Shown: piece after piece, positions 43,307 to 51,684 of the stretch
How positions within the stretch are numbered: position 1 is the stretch's first letter
Layout: each line of letters starts with the position of its first letter
From: Bacteroidales bacterium
GTDB lineage: Bacteria > Bacteroidota > Bacteroidia > Bacteroidales > UBA3824
Direction of reading: 5' to 3'
Assembly (NCBI GenBank): GCA_016293845.1
Contig: JAEDDH010000004.1
Span: 142,084 to 206,083, forward strand
Length of the DNA stretch: 64,000 bases
Position numbers and translations under genes: made by a program
The notes under the pieces: model-generated
Told to the model about the DNA's origin: nothing
The model's input: the letters and a program-made list of their open reading frames with translations, nothing else
Databases searched by the model: none

Positions 43307-43561
43307 ATGTTTTTAAAAGTTTTTTTAGTAGTATTAGTAATATTGGCGCTGTGCTTTCTTGGTCTCGGCGTGCAGACGTTTTTCTCTAAGAAGAAAAAAT
43401 TCCCCGACTACGAGGTAGGGCACAACAAAGAAATGCGCAAACGCGGCATCTACTGTATGCGCACCCAACAGAAGATTATCGACAAAGAATTGATAAAAAA
43501 ACGCTTAGAAGGCGGCTGCGACGGCTGCGAATTGATAAAGGAGCATAATAAGGAGGAATAA
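43307..43561 (+). CDS. Small membrane protein (84 aa)
   Basis: ATG 12 nt after the preceding stop. It has one N-terminal TM helix followed by a basic, Cys-containing tail. Confidence 0.5.
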   Translation: MFLKVFLVVLVILALCFLGLGVQTFFSKKKKFPDYEVGHNKEMRKRGIYCMRTQQKIIDKELIKKRLEGGCDGCELIKEHNKEE

Positions 43562-43662
43562 TTCGGTTTAAAATAATTTTGCCGTGCGGCGAAAAACTAT
43601 TATATTTACCGCAAAATATGCGGTGAATAGTTTAATTATTTGCCGCAATAAAGAGAAAAGGT

Positions 43663-44253
43663 ATGTACATTTGGCAAGAAAAAGCATTTCCAAACTTTGA
43701 ATGGAACAAAGAGAACGTATTACAGAGGCTTTCTGATGCTAAATTCGAAATTGGAAAACTTGCGGGAATGATGGGTGCGTTGGGTTCTGAAATAAAAAAA
43801 TCAGCCGCACTTGATTCGATCACAGCAGATATTCTGATGTCGTCGGCAATAGAGGGCATTATGCTCAATCGCGACGACGTTCGCTCGTCGGTGGCTTGGC
43901 AATTGGGTATCGACAAAGCGGGAGTGCCAGTGTCAAACAGATATATCGAAGGTGTAGTAGAAGTAATGTTTGATGCAGTGAGCAATTACAACGTTCCGTT
44001 AACAAGCAACCGATTGTTCAAATGGCATACATTACTTTTCCCTTCGGTAAAAAGTTACGAAAAAATCACCGTTGGCGCTTACCGCAATAGCAGTCAAACG
44101 ATGCAAGTGGTTTCGGGACGTTACGGCAGCGAAAAAATCCACTACGAAGCGCCATCGTCGGCACAAGTGCCTGAAATGATGGATGTTTTATTAAAATATA
44201 TAGAAACTGCCAAAGTAGACGGCATATTAAAAGCCGCGATAGCGCACCTCTGA
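43663..44253 (+). pseudogene. Truncated Fic/DOC-family gene (DUF4172 N-terminal region only; catalytic Fic motif missing)
   Basis: MYIWQEKAFPNFEWNKE...SSAIEGI...AAIAHL* matches the N-terminal half of DUF4172-Fic proteins. It stops exactly where HPFxDGNGR normally follows (AIAHLWF..HPF). Downstream sequence is antisense to the rluA-like gene, so the 3' half has been deleted. Confidence 0.7.
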
Positions 44254-44269
44254 AAAAGAGCGATAACCG

Positions 44270-44950
44270 CTATTTTACACACTCCTCAAAATACCCCCAC
44301 AACTTGTCGCCCTCGGGCACGGGAGCGGTAACGTTGATTTCATTTTTACTCACGGGGTGGATAAATTCTACCTTGCGGGCGTGGAGCGAAAGTCCGCCGT
44401 CGGGATTTGAACGCGGATAGCCATATTTCAAATCGCCCTTTATGGGACAGTTGATGGCTGCTAACTGACAGCGTATCTGATGGTGGCGACCTGTGAGGAG
44501 GTTTATCTCCCAAAGATAATACCGGTCTGATTTTGAGATGATACGGTATTTAAGGATAGCTTTTTTAGCCTCTTTTGTCTCTTTGGGCGCGATAAAACTT
44601 TTGTTGAGTTTCTCGTTTTTTTGGATAAAGTTTTCGAGCGTGCCCTCGGTCTCTTTTGGACAGTTGGCAGTGATAGCCCAATAGGTTTTGTGGATTTCAC
44701 CGTCGCGAAACATAGCGTTGAGACGGCTCAGAGCCTTGCTTGTGCGCGCAAAAACCACAATACCCGATGTGGGACGGTCTAAGCGGTGGGCAAGACCAAG
44801 AAACACATCGCCAGGCTTGTTGTATTTTACTTTAATGTATTGTTTTACAGAGTCGATGAGGGTCGTATCGCCAGTTTTGTCGCCTTGCACAATTTCGTTT
44901 ACCGTTTTCGACACTATTATTATATGATTATCTTCGTAGAGTACTTGCAT
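44270..44950 (-). CDS. RluA-family pseudouridine synthase
   Basis: 226 aa with the catalytic motif HRLDRPTSGIVVFART and RluA-type HQIRCQL. Confidence 0.9.
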   Translation of the reverse strand: MQVLYEDNHIIIVSKTVNEIVQGDKTGDTTLIDSVKQYIKVKYNKPGDVFLGLAHRLDRPTSGIVVFARTSKALSRLNAMFRDGEIHKTYWAITANCPKETEGTLENFIQKNEKLNKSFIAPKETKEAKKAILKYRIISKSDRYYLWEINLLTGRHHQIRCQLAAINCPIKGDLKYGYPRSNPDGGLSLHARKVEFIHPVSKNEINVTAPVPEGDKLWGYFEECVK

Positions 44951-44951
44951 A

Positions 44952-45188
44952 TTAAGCCACTTTTTCGCCGTGTTCTAATAAATATTCAGGAGCAATGTCC
45001 GCACCATTAGACCAAAAAATAGTATCCAAAAGTCCGAATTGCACAAACATTTTTTCATCTTTCAATTCCTCAAAGGCGGGATATTTTAACAGAGGGGCAA
45101 AATCCATCTTGCGTTTTTCGCCATTGTTGAATCCGCAGAGCAAAGTATGTCCGCCCAAGTATTCCACATTAGTAACTTTCAGTATCAT
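44952..45188 (-). CDS. DUF2442 domain protein
   Basis: 78 aa. MILKVTNVEYLGGHTLLCGFNNGEKRKMDF...FWSNGADIAPEYL has the DUF2442 pattern. It starts 2 nt after the DUF4160 gene stop. Confidence 0.7.
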   Translation of the reverse strand: MILKVTNVEYLGGHTLLCGFNNGEKRKMDFAPLLKYPAFEELKDEKMFVQFGLLDTIFWSNGADIAPEYLLEHGEKVA

Positions 45189-45190
45189 AA

Positions 45191-45442
45191 TTATTTAATT
45201 TTATTTATTTTACCTCCCTTTTGAGCAATCTCCCAAAGTTCAAGGAGTTCTTGTTGGTGTTCGTCTATAAACTGATTTACAATAGCAATAGTTTTAGAAT
45301 GAGCCTTACCTTCAACAATACGGTCTTGAATAGTAATAGTAAACTCATCATCGGCACCGCTACGTATATGAATATGCGGTGGATTATGGTCAAAACCATA
45401 GATATAAATCAAAATACCGTTGATAATAAAAATCGAGCCCAT
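45191..45442 (-). CDS. DUF4160 domain protein
   Basis: 83 aa containing the characteristic IYGFDHNPPHIHI motif. Confidence 0.75.
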   Translation of the reverse strand: MGSIFIINGILIYIYGFDHNPPHIHIRSGADDEFTITIQDRIVEGKAHSKTIAIVNQFIDEHQQELLELWEIAQKGGKINKIK

Positions 45443-45570
45443 ATTTTAACTTTAAAACTATTGGCAAAGGTACAAATATTATTTTACAGACGACAAATAA
45501 ACGATGAGAATATTGCAACAATAAGAGAAAGCTTCAACAAAAAATGGACACATAGAGAGGTTGAATTGCG

Positions 45571-45612
45571 AAAAAAAGTCCTTCGCATAGTATTTGTTGC
45601 GTTGCGAAGGAC
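45571..45612 (-). terminator. Intrinsic terminator after the 45653..48242 operon
   Basis: On the minus strand, GTCCTTCGCA-15 nt loop-TGCGAAGGAC is followed by TTTTTTT. It lies about 40 nt downstream of the stop at 45653. Confidence 0.6.
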
Positions 45613-45652
45613 GGTATTTAAAAATAAAACATTCAAATAGGAATATTTAAGA

Positions 45653-46192
45653 TTAATTAATAATCACAAAAGACACATCATCTACTCCAATAGGATCAGA
45701 TGAAACATTCAATTTTCCACCGATTGTTTTTCTATAAACATCTGTTTCTACGTCCCAAGTAAAAGAATCTCCATTTTGGCATTTTAAATATACATACATT
45801 TTCCAATACCTCTTAGATGGATTAACAATATCACATTTAAAATAATAATCATACGTTCTATTGCTTTCGAAAAGAGCAACATTAGTGTTTTCTTTTATTA
45901 TTTCAGCATTTTCAATTGTTACTCCTTTTTTATCAAATTCCCGTTGTTCATCTAATAATTCCATTTGTGCATTAAAACGTACCTTATCTATAATTGCTTT
46001 AATTCCAAAACCCACCACAATGAGAACAACTACTGCTATTATTACCTTAATAGGTTTTGTCATTCCTTTTCTCTTAGGATTGTTGCTATTAGAGGATTCA
46101 ACATCGTGATTAATTTGCGAAAGGTTACATCCACACGCAGAACAGAATTATGCGCCGGCTTCGTTAGCGGCATTACATTTTGGACAATTCAT
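45653..46192 (-). pseudogene. Zinc-ribbon + single-TM protein gene interrupted by an in-frame TAA
   Basis: ATG at 46192 gives MNCPKCNAANEAGA, then TAA (46148-46150). The same frame continues FCSACGCNLSQINHDVESSNSNNPKRKGMTKPIKVIIAVVVLIVV... into ORF 45653..46063. The stop sits where CPxC...GAKFCxxCG zinc ribbons have Lys (AAA/AAG). Confidence 0.6.
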
Positions 46193-46219
46193 TATTCTTA
46201 TATTTTAATAGTTAATATA

Positions 46220-46555
46220 TTAATCTTCAAAACCTACATACACAGTCTTAGAATCACCATTTGCGACATTCACATCACGGTTATTTACCGTCGGTGAGAA
46301 CATATAACCTGAAACTTGAACTGCTTTGATATGATAATATCCTGGCTCAACCTCTTTCTCGTATGTGCGTCCACCACCTAAATTACCGATAACATCTCCA
46401 TTAATAGATATCTGATATGGATTAGAGGATTTGTTGACAATTTTGATTGTCGCAACCTCCCTGTCATATTCTTTGAAGAAATTATAAATGATGTCTAATG
46501 CACCTTTTCGCATATCATTTAAATGTAAGTCGGCATCAGAATAACAAATTGACAA
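46220..46555 (-). CDS. Hypothetical protein (111 aa)
   Basis: ORF in the minus-strand operon, 16 nt after the upstream stop. The start is uncertain (TTG 46555 or ATG 46513). I recognise no motif. Confidence 0.45.
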   Translation of the reverse strand: MSICYSDADLHLNDMRKGALDIIYNFFKEYDREVATIKIVNKSSNPYQISINGDVIGNLGGGRTYEKEVEPGYYHIKAVQVSGYMFSPTVNNRDVNVANGDSKTVYVGFED

Positions 46556-46570
46556 AATATCTTTTACAGG

Positions 46571-47131
46571 TTAGATGAATCCCTCTTGTGTTCCCATCGG
46601 AGTTACATCACCAACAAATCCCATAGAATACTCAATGGCTATCATACTATTTATGATATCTGTTGCTTTTGACAAACCAGTGGTATTCATATTTTCGATA
46701 TTCTGCTCGTTGGCTTTCTTTGCTAACGATACGGCGTGTTCATTTAATGGGTCACAGTATATACGATATAGTTGCAAACTCATTGTTGCGGAGATACCGC
46801 TAATATCTATAACATTAGCCCAATAACCATTTTCATAGTTTGCTTTGAGATAATCAGAACAAAATTTCTCATTTGCTTCTCCATTGTTTGCAGCCTTACC
46901 ATCAAAACCTAGGGCATTTACGATTGCATATTTTACATCAGCCGGATTAGACTTTTTCATAATAAAGTCCATCATTTCTTCTGACATTTTGCCATTGGCG
47001 AGACTTGCCTTTTTAACAATTGGCACATCCAAATATTTCTGATAAAAGTTTACTCTTGTAATGAGAGTGTATTGTGCAAATGACATCATAGTCACAAACA
47101 CTGCACAAAGTGTTAAAATCAATTTTTTCAT
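46571..47131 (-). CDS. Secreted hypothetical protein (186 aa)
   Basis: Clear signal peptide MKKLILTLCAVFVTMMSFAQ. I recognise no domain. Confidence 0.55.
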   Translation of the reverse strand: MKKLILTLCAVFVTMMSFAQYTLITRVNFYQKYLDVPIVKKASLANGKMSEEMMDFIMKKSNPADVKYAIVNALGFDGKAANNGEANEKFCSDYLKANYENGYWANVIDISGISATMSLQLYRIYCDPLNEHAVSLAKKANEQNIENMNTTGLSKATDIINSMIAIEYSMGFVGDVTPMGTQEGFI

Positions 47132-47186
47132 CTTTTTAAAATTTTAATGGTCATTTATAACTTTTTTTCTGTTAATCCACATATTA

Positions 47187-48242
47187 TTATTCTTCCACTT
47201 GAATTGCGAGGTCATAATTTACGTACACTTTCGACCAGTTAGGGTTGTGAAATACAAGGTAGTATTTACCCGGTGCAACATCGGTATAATTTTGGTAAAT
47301 ACCCGACTTATAACCCTTGTGTACAGATAAGGATGACGCACTTTCACCATTCTGCCATCTATGGAAGTTTTCTTCGTTGAAAACATAAAAGTCACAAGCC
47401 TCAGTGCCGTCGGGTGTGGCTATTTTGTCAACTGCACTCATTACAAGACCAACCCTTTTGTCAAGTATATTGGCAAGGTCGGCAGCAATTGCCAGTCCAG
47501 AACGTTCTGTGGCAGCGTTGCACGTCATCTGAACATACCAACTTACTGTATTCTCAGGAATTGTGATTGAAAAATACGAACTTGCATTGTCGCGAAGCCA
47601 CGGCAAAGTAAGTTGACCCTCAGACTCCACTTTCTGCACTGCGTATGTTTTGAAAAGTTTGGAATATTTTGCACCAGTGGCTTTCTCTCCTGTGGTATAG
47701 ACATTTGCGTCGGCCACTTTTCCAAGATTTAGCGTGATAGTTGCAGGCAGAGCGGCTTTTTTGTTATCGTCATAGGCGACAAACACGTAATCAGTAAGTA
47801 AACCGTCGAACCATTCTTCATCAAACTCGAAACGTGCAATACCCTGTTCATCGGTAATAACACGCTCCACACACGAATCTTTGCTTATTGATGCTCCGTA
47901 CTTGTCCCAATCATCGAAATTGTACATATACACCATTGTGCCTTGAACACCTTCTGAATAAGTGTATGTTTCCTCAATAGTAGGGGCATTACCTGATTGT
48001 ATCAAGTCAATAATCTCATCATCGGTAAAGCCTTCTAATGCACTTTCGTCAAGAATTTCATATGTGTCAGTTTTTGTTTCAATAACGTGGATATTGACTC
48101 CTGACACATTACCTTTGAGGTTGCGATACTCGGAATATTGATCTTCCGATGGTGTTGGTTCCTCTTCTTCTTCACCGCACGAGTTTGCCGTAAGCGCAAA
48201 CGCTATCATTGCCGCCGGCATCCAATAAAACAACCGTTTCAT
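47187..48242 (-). CDS. Lipoprotein, unknown function (351 aa)
   Basis: Signal peptide with a lipobox (FALTANSCGEEEEE) followed by an acidic linker typical of Bacteroidota surface lipoproteins. Confidence 0.6.
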   Translation of the reverse strand: MKRLFYWMPAAMIAFALTANSCGEEEEEPTPSEDQYSEYRNLKGNVSGVNIHVIETKTDTYEILDESALEGFTDDEIIDLIQSGNAPTIEETYTYSEGVQGTMVYMYNFDDWDKYGASISKDSCVERVITDEQGIARFEFDEEWFDGLLTDYVFVAYDDNKKAALPATITLNLGKVADANVYTTGEKATGAKYSKLFKTYAVQKVESEGQLTLPWLRDNASSYFSITIPENTVSWYVQMTCNAATERSGLAIAADLANILDKRVGLVMSAVDKIATPDGTEACDFYVFNEENFHRWQNGESASSLSVHKGYKSGIYQNYTDVAPGKYYLVFHNPNWSKVYVNYDLAIQVEE

Positions 48243-48351
48243 AATAATAAATTATATTCGCTCCGTCTGCGGCTTGGGCGGAATTTGTTATTTTGTTTAC
48301 TACAAAACGAAAGCGCAGACCGCATATACTATTTATATCCGAAAATGAAGG

Positions 48352-48455
48352 TCGTGAGAATTACCTAAGTACAAGGATATAATGATAGCAGTCTACGCCT
48401 ATGCCATAGGCGACACCGCTATGCTATCTCTTGTACTTGTTGAAAATTTCTCACG
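48352..48455. other. Long (~100 nt) imperfect hairpin in the intergenic region
   Basis: Nested complementary blocks: CGTGAGAA/TTCTCACG, TAAGTACAAG/CTTGTACTT, GATAGCA/TGCTATC and CGCCTATG/CATAGGCG. On the plus strand it is followed by TTTTCATTTTC. Confidence 0.45.
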
Positions 48456-48594
48456 TTTTCATTTTCAAGAAAAGCATAACGCTTCCGTAAAATCTTATGT
48501 CGGACGGCGGGTATGTAGAGCCACCAATCCGAAAACAAATATACGAAAAGATTTAATTGATGTTATCAAAAAAGGAATTATTTTTTAGAATAAC

Positions 48595-48629
48595 AAAAAA
48601 AAACACCTTATTAAATTAAGGTGTTTTTT
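48595..48629. terminator. Bidirectional intrinsic terminator (ends higBA on the minus strand)
   Basis: ACACCTTA-6 nt loop-TAAGGTGT is flanked by A9 on the left and T6 on the right. Read on the minus strand, the hairpin is followed by T9, about 100 nt after the higA stop. Confidence 0.65.
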
Positions 48630-48725
48630 GTAAATATTATACATAATAGATTTTCAGTGTATTATCGCTTTATCAATTTCATCTTGTTCCTAATATATTT
48701 CAACAGGAAAGTTGTTAATATTCTT

Positions 48726-49094
48726 TTACCCCAATCCCAAAACAACTTCGGGAGAAATGTCAAGTTTCTGACTTATTACTTTTCCAAAAGCAAGAGTTGG
48801 CTCGGTTTTGCCGGTAATATATTCCTCGGTTTTTGATGTAGAAATACCGAGAAACGATGCAAGTTTTTCCGTTGTTATACCAGTTTCATACATACGCAGT
48901 TTTATGAGGTCGAAAAGCGATGGTTCGCCCAAAGAATAATGGACATCCTCGTAATCGGCGACAAGATTGCCCAACATCTCAAACTCAATATAGTTAGGGT
49001 CGGTTTTAGGTGTTGAGTCATTAACCAACGGAAGTAAAGATTCGATGCGCTGCATTAATGCATTATATTGTTCTTCGTTTTCTATTTTTGTCAT
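48726..49094 (-). CDS. higA: HigA-type antitoxin (XRE-family HTH)
   Basis: MTKIENEEQYNALMQRIESLL... is an HigA-type N-terminal helix, and the C-terminal HTH is ITTEKLASFLGISTSKTEEYITGK. Start set at ATG 49094. Confidence 0.75.
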   Translation of the reverse strand: MTKIENEEQYNALMQRIESLLPLVNDSTPKTDPNYIEFEMLGNLVADYEDVHYSLGEPSLFDLIKLRMYETGITTEKLASFLGISTSKTEEYITGKTEPTLAFGKVISQKLDISPEVVLGLG

Positions 49095-49104
49095 AACTAT
49101 TATG

Positions 49105-49401
49105 TTAAATTGTTGAACAATCAGTAATTTTATCATATTCGGCGTGTGTACCTACAAATCTAATCAATACAAATTGAGGAGTAAATTGTATCACAACTAT
49201 CAATCTAAAATCATTACCTTTAATGTTAAAAACATAATGCTGGTTACCAACATTGTCTGCGGTGGAAAAATCTTTTTTTACATCAGCAAAATTTTTCCAT
49301 TGGGCTTTTTGAACTTTTTTCGCCCATCGTTGAAATGCAGTTTTTGACTCAGGATGCTGTTCAACGTAGATTTTGATTGTTTTTAAAGATATAATCCTCA
49401 T
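49105..49401 (-). CDS. higB: HigB-type toxin (RelE/ParE superfamily mRNA interferase)
   Basis: MRIISLKTIKIYVEQHPESKTAFQRWAKKV...GNDFRLIVVIQFTPQFVLIRFVGTHAEYDKI is the typical HigB pattern. The toxin lies upstream of the antitoxin, as in higBA. Confidence 0.8.
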   Translation of the reverse strand: MRIISLKTIKIYVEQHPESKTAFQRWAKKVQKAQWKNFADVKKDFSTADNVGNQHYVFNIKGNDFRLIVVIQFTPQFVLIRFVGTHAEYDKITDCSTI

Positions 49402-49432
49402 TATCAATATTTTGTTTATTAAATATCACATT

Positions 49433-51577
49433 TCACTCCTTCACCAATCCCAATCCTATCCTATTTCGATCCACATCTACTGTAAGCACTTTTACTCTTA
49501 CGGGTTGGTTGATTTTGAGGACGTCGGAGGGGTTGACGGGGTTGCGACGTGTGCCGCCAAGTTGAGATACGTGGATGAGTCCGCTGACGTGAACACCAAG
49601 GTCTACAAACGCTCCAAAATTAGTAACGTTGGTAACTATTCCGTTGAGTTCCATTCCCTCTTTTAGGTCGGTGATTTTTTCTACACTTTGTTCAAACTCA
49701 GGCACTTTAAACTCGCCACGAGGGTCGCGACCGGGCTTTTCCAACTCGGTGAGGATGTCGGTGAGAGTGGGCAGACCGGTTTTGTCGTCGACATATTTTT
49801 TGATGTCGATTTGTTGGCGCATATCCTTGTTGGTGATGAGGTCTTTGACACCGCAGCCAAGGTCTTTTGCCATTTTGTTAACAATGTAATATTTTTCGGG
49901 ATGGACGGCGGAGTTGTCTAACGGATTGTCAGCACCTTCGATACGAAGAAATCCTGCGCATTGTTCAAAAGCCTTGTCGCCCATTCGGGGAACCTTTTTT
50001 AGTTCGGTGCGCGAGCCAAATGGTCCATTTTCTTTGCGGTAGTTGACAATGTTTTGCGCCAAAGCAGGCCCCAGACCCGAAACGTAGGTCAAAAGGTGCT
50101 TGGAGGCAGTGTTGACATTTACGCCCACTTGGTTTACGCAACTGATTACCACATCGTCGAGACTCTCTTTAAGTTTGGTTTGATTTACATCGTGCTGATA
50201 CTGACCCACTCCGATGGATTTTGGGTCTATTTTTACGAGTTCGGCAAGCGGGTCTAACAAGCGGCGGCCAATCGAAACTGCACCACGCACAGTAACATCG
50301 TACTCAGGAAACTCCTCGCGGGCAACCTCCGAGGCAGAATAAATCGACGCTCCCGATTCCGAAACAATATACACCTGAATATCACGATCGAAACGCACCT
50401 TTTTGATAAAGCGTTCGGTTTCGCGACTTGCTGTGCCATTGCCGATGGCAATGCAGTCGATTTTGTATTGTTCCACAAGCGTTGTTACCTTGCTCATTGC
50501 GGCAAAAGCCTCTTTCATACCCGAATGTGGATAAATGGCCTCGTTGTGCAAAAGATTACCTTGCTCGTCGAGACAAACAAGTTTGCAGCCGGTGCGGAAA
50601 CCAGGGTCGAGAGCGAGAATACGTTTTTTACCCAACGGACTTGCTAACAATAGGTTGCGAAGATTTTCGGTAAACACTTTGATAGCCTCCTCGTCTGCCT
50701 TTTCTTTGGCAATGTTGGCAAATTCGGTTTCCATAGAGGGTTGAAGAAGACGGTTGTAACAGTCTTCGGCGGCAATCTTAATTTGCTCTGCGCCATTACC
50801 GCGACCTTTAACATATTGACGTTCAAGCATATTAATAGCCTTATCGTCGTCGGGTTTGATAGTAATCTTTAAAAAGCCTTCGTTTTCGCCACGCATCAAT
50901 GCAAGCAAACGGTGCGAGGGAATGCGAGAAAGCGGTTCTGAATAGTCGAAATAATCTTTGAATTTTTGCGCCTCCTCATCCTTACCTTTCACTAACTTAC
51001 TGAAAATTATTGCCTCGCGGTTGTAAAGATTTCGCATACGATTGCGAGTGTCAACATTTTCGTTGATATGTTCGGCAATAATGTCGCGAGCGCCTTGGAG
51101 AGCATCGTCGATAGATTCCACCTTGTCGTTGAGAAATTGTGCGGCAATTTTTTCGGGGTCGGCGTTCTGTTGAAGAAGAATTGTGTCGGCAAGCGGTTCG
51201 AGACCTTTTTCATTAGCCATCGAAGCGCGGGTCTTTTTCTTCTGTTTATACGGCAGATATAGGTCTTCAAGGTCGGTCATAGTAATCACCTCATCGATTT
51301 TTGCTTTAAGTTCGTCGGTGAGTTTGCCCTGACTTTCAATGGATTCGAAGATCGAAGCCTTACGTTTTTCGAGTTCCTCGTATTTTTTAATTTCGTCCTT
51401 GATTTGCGCCACCTGCACCTCGTTGAGCGTACCGGTTTGTTCTTTGCGGTAACGGCTTATAAATGGCACAGTTGCGCCCTGCGAAAATAAGAAAGCGGTG
51501 TTTTTTACCTGAATTTCGCGGATGCCGAGTTTTTCTGCTATGAGTTTTATGTATTTGTCTTGCATAATATTAATCAA
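49433..51577 (-). CDS. tex: Tex-like transcription accessory protein (YqgF/HhH/S1 domains)
   Basis: 714 aa. N-terminal ATVPFISRYRKEQTG, a central YqgF-like region, and the C-terminal S1 domain GMELNGIVTNVTNFGAFVDLGVHVSGLIHVSQL. Confidence 0.95.
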   Translation of the reverse strand: MINIMQDKYIKLIAEKLGIREIQVKNTAFLFSQGATVPFISRYRKEQTGTLNEVQVAQIKDEIKKYEELEKRKASIFESIESQGKLTDELKAKIDEVITMTDLEDLYLPYKQKKKTRASMANEKGLEPLADTILLQQNADPEKIAAQFLNDKVESIDDALQGARDIIAEHINENVDTRNRMRNLYNREAIIFSKLVKGKDEEAQKFKDYFDYSEPLSRIPSHRLLALMRGENEGFLKITIKPDDDKAINMLERQYVKGRGNGAEQIKIAAEDCYNRLLQPSMETEFANIAKEKADEEAIKVFTENLRNLLLASPLGKKRILALDPGFRTGCKLVCLDEQGNLLHNEAIYPHSGMKEAFAAMSKVTTLVEQYKIDCIAIGNGTASRETERFIKKVRFDRDIQVYIVSESGASIYSASEVAREEFPEYDVTVRGAVSIGRRLLDPLAELVKIDPKSIGVGQYQHDVNQTKLKESLDDVVISCVNQVGVNVNTASKHLLTYVSGLGPALAQNIVNYRKENGPFGSRTELKKVPRMGDKAFEQCAGFLRIEGADNPLDNSAVHPEKYYIVNKMAKDLGCGVKDLITNKDMRQQIDIKKYVDDKTGLPTLTDILTELEKPGRDPRGEFKVPEFEQSVEKITDLKEGMELNGIVTNVTNFGAFVDLGVHVSGLIHVSQLGGTRRNPVNPSDVLKINQPVRVKVLTVDVDRNRIGLGLVKE

Positions 51578-51656
51578 AATATTTAGGTCAGTACAAAGCG
51601 ACTGAATTTTTTTACAAATCTATAAAAAAATAAAATTAAATGAAGTTTTTTTTAAT

Positions 51657-51664
51657 TACATTTG
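51657..51664 (+). promoter_or_regulatory. Bacteroidota -7 promoter box (TACATTTG)
   Basis: Matches TAnnTTTG, 20 nt upstream of ATG 51685. Confidence 0.4.
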
Positions 51665-51684
51665 CAAAAAGAATTTGATTAACT

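Noticed and set aside
48243-48535. Third, divergent member of the 285-nt RNA family upstream of the lipoprotein operon
   Set aside because: It has the same promoter box and a similar length, and shares short strings such as CAAGTACAA. However, I could not align the conserved blocks, and it lacks the closing CCCACGT/T-run. Matches of 9 nt are expected by chance in 64 kb. I kept it only as a separate structured-region finding.
48382-48588. 68-aa plus-strand ORF in the structured intergenic region
   Set aside because: It runs through the long hairpin, has no recognisable motif or sensible start context, and the region behaves like non-coding DNA.
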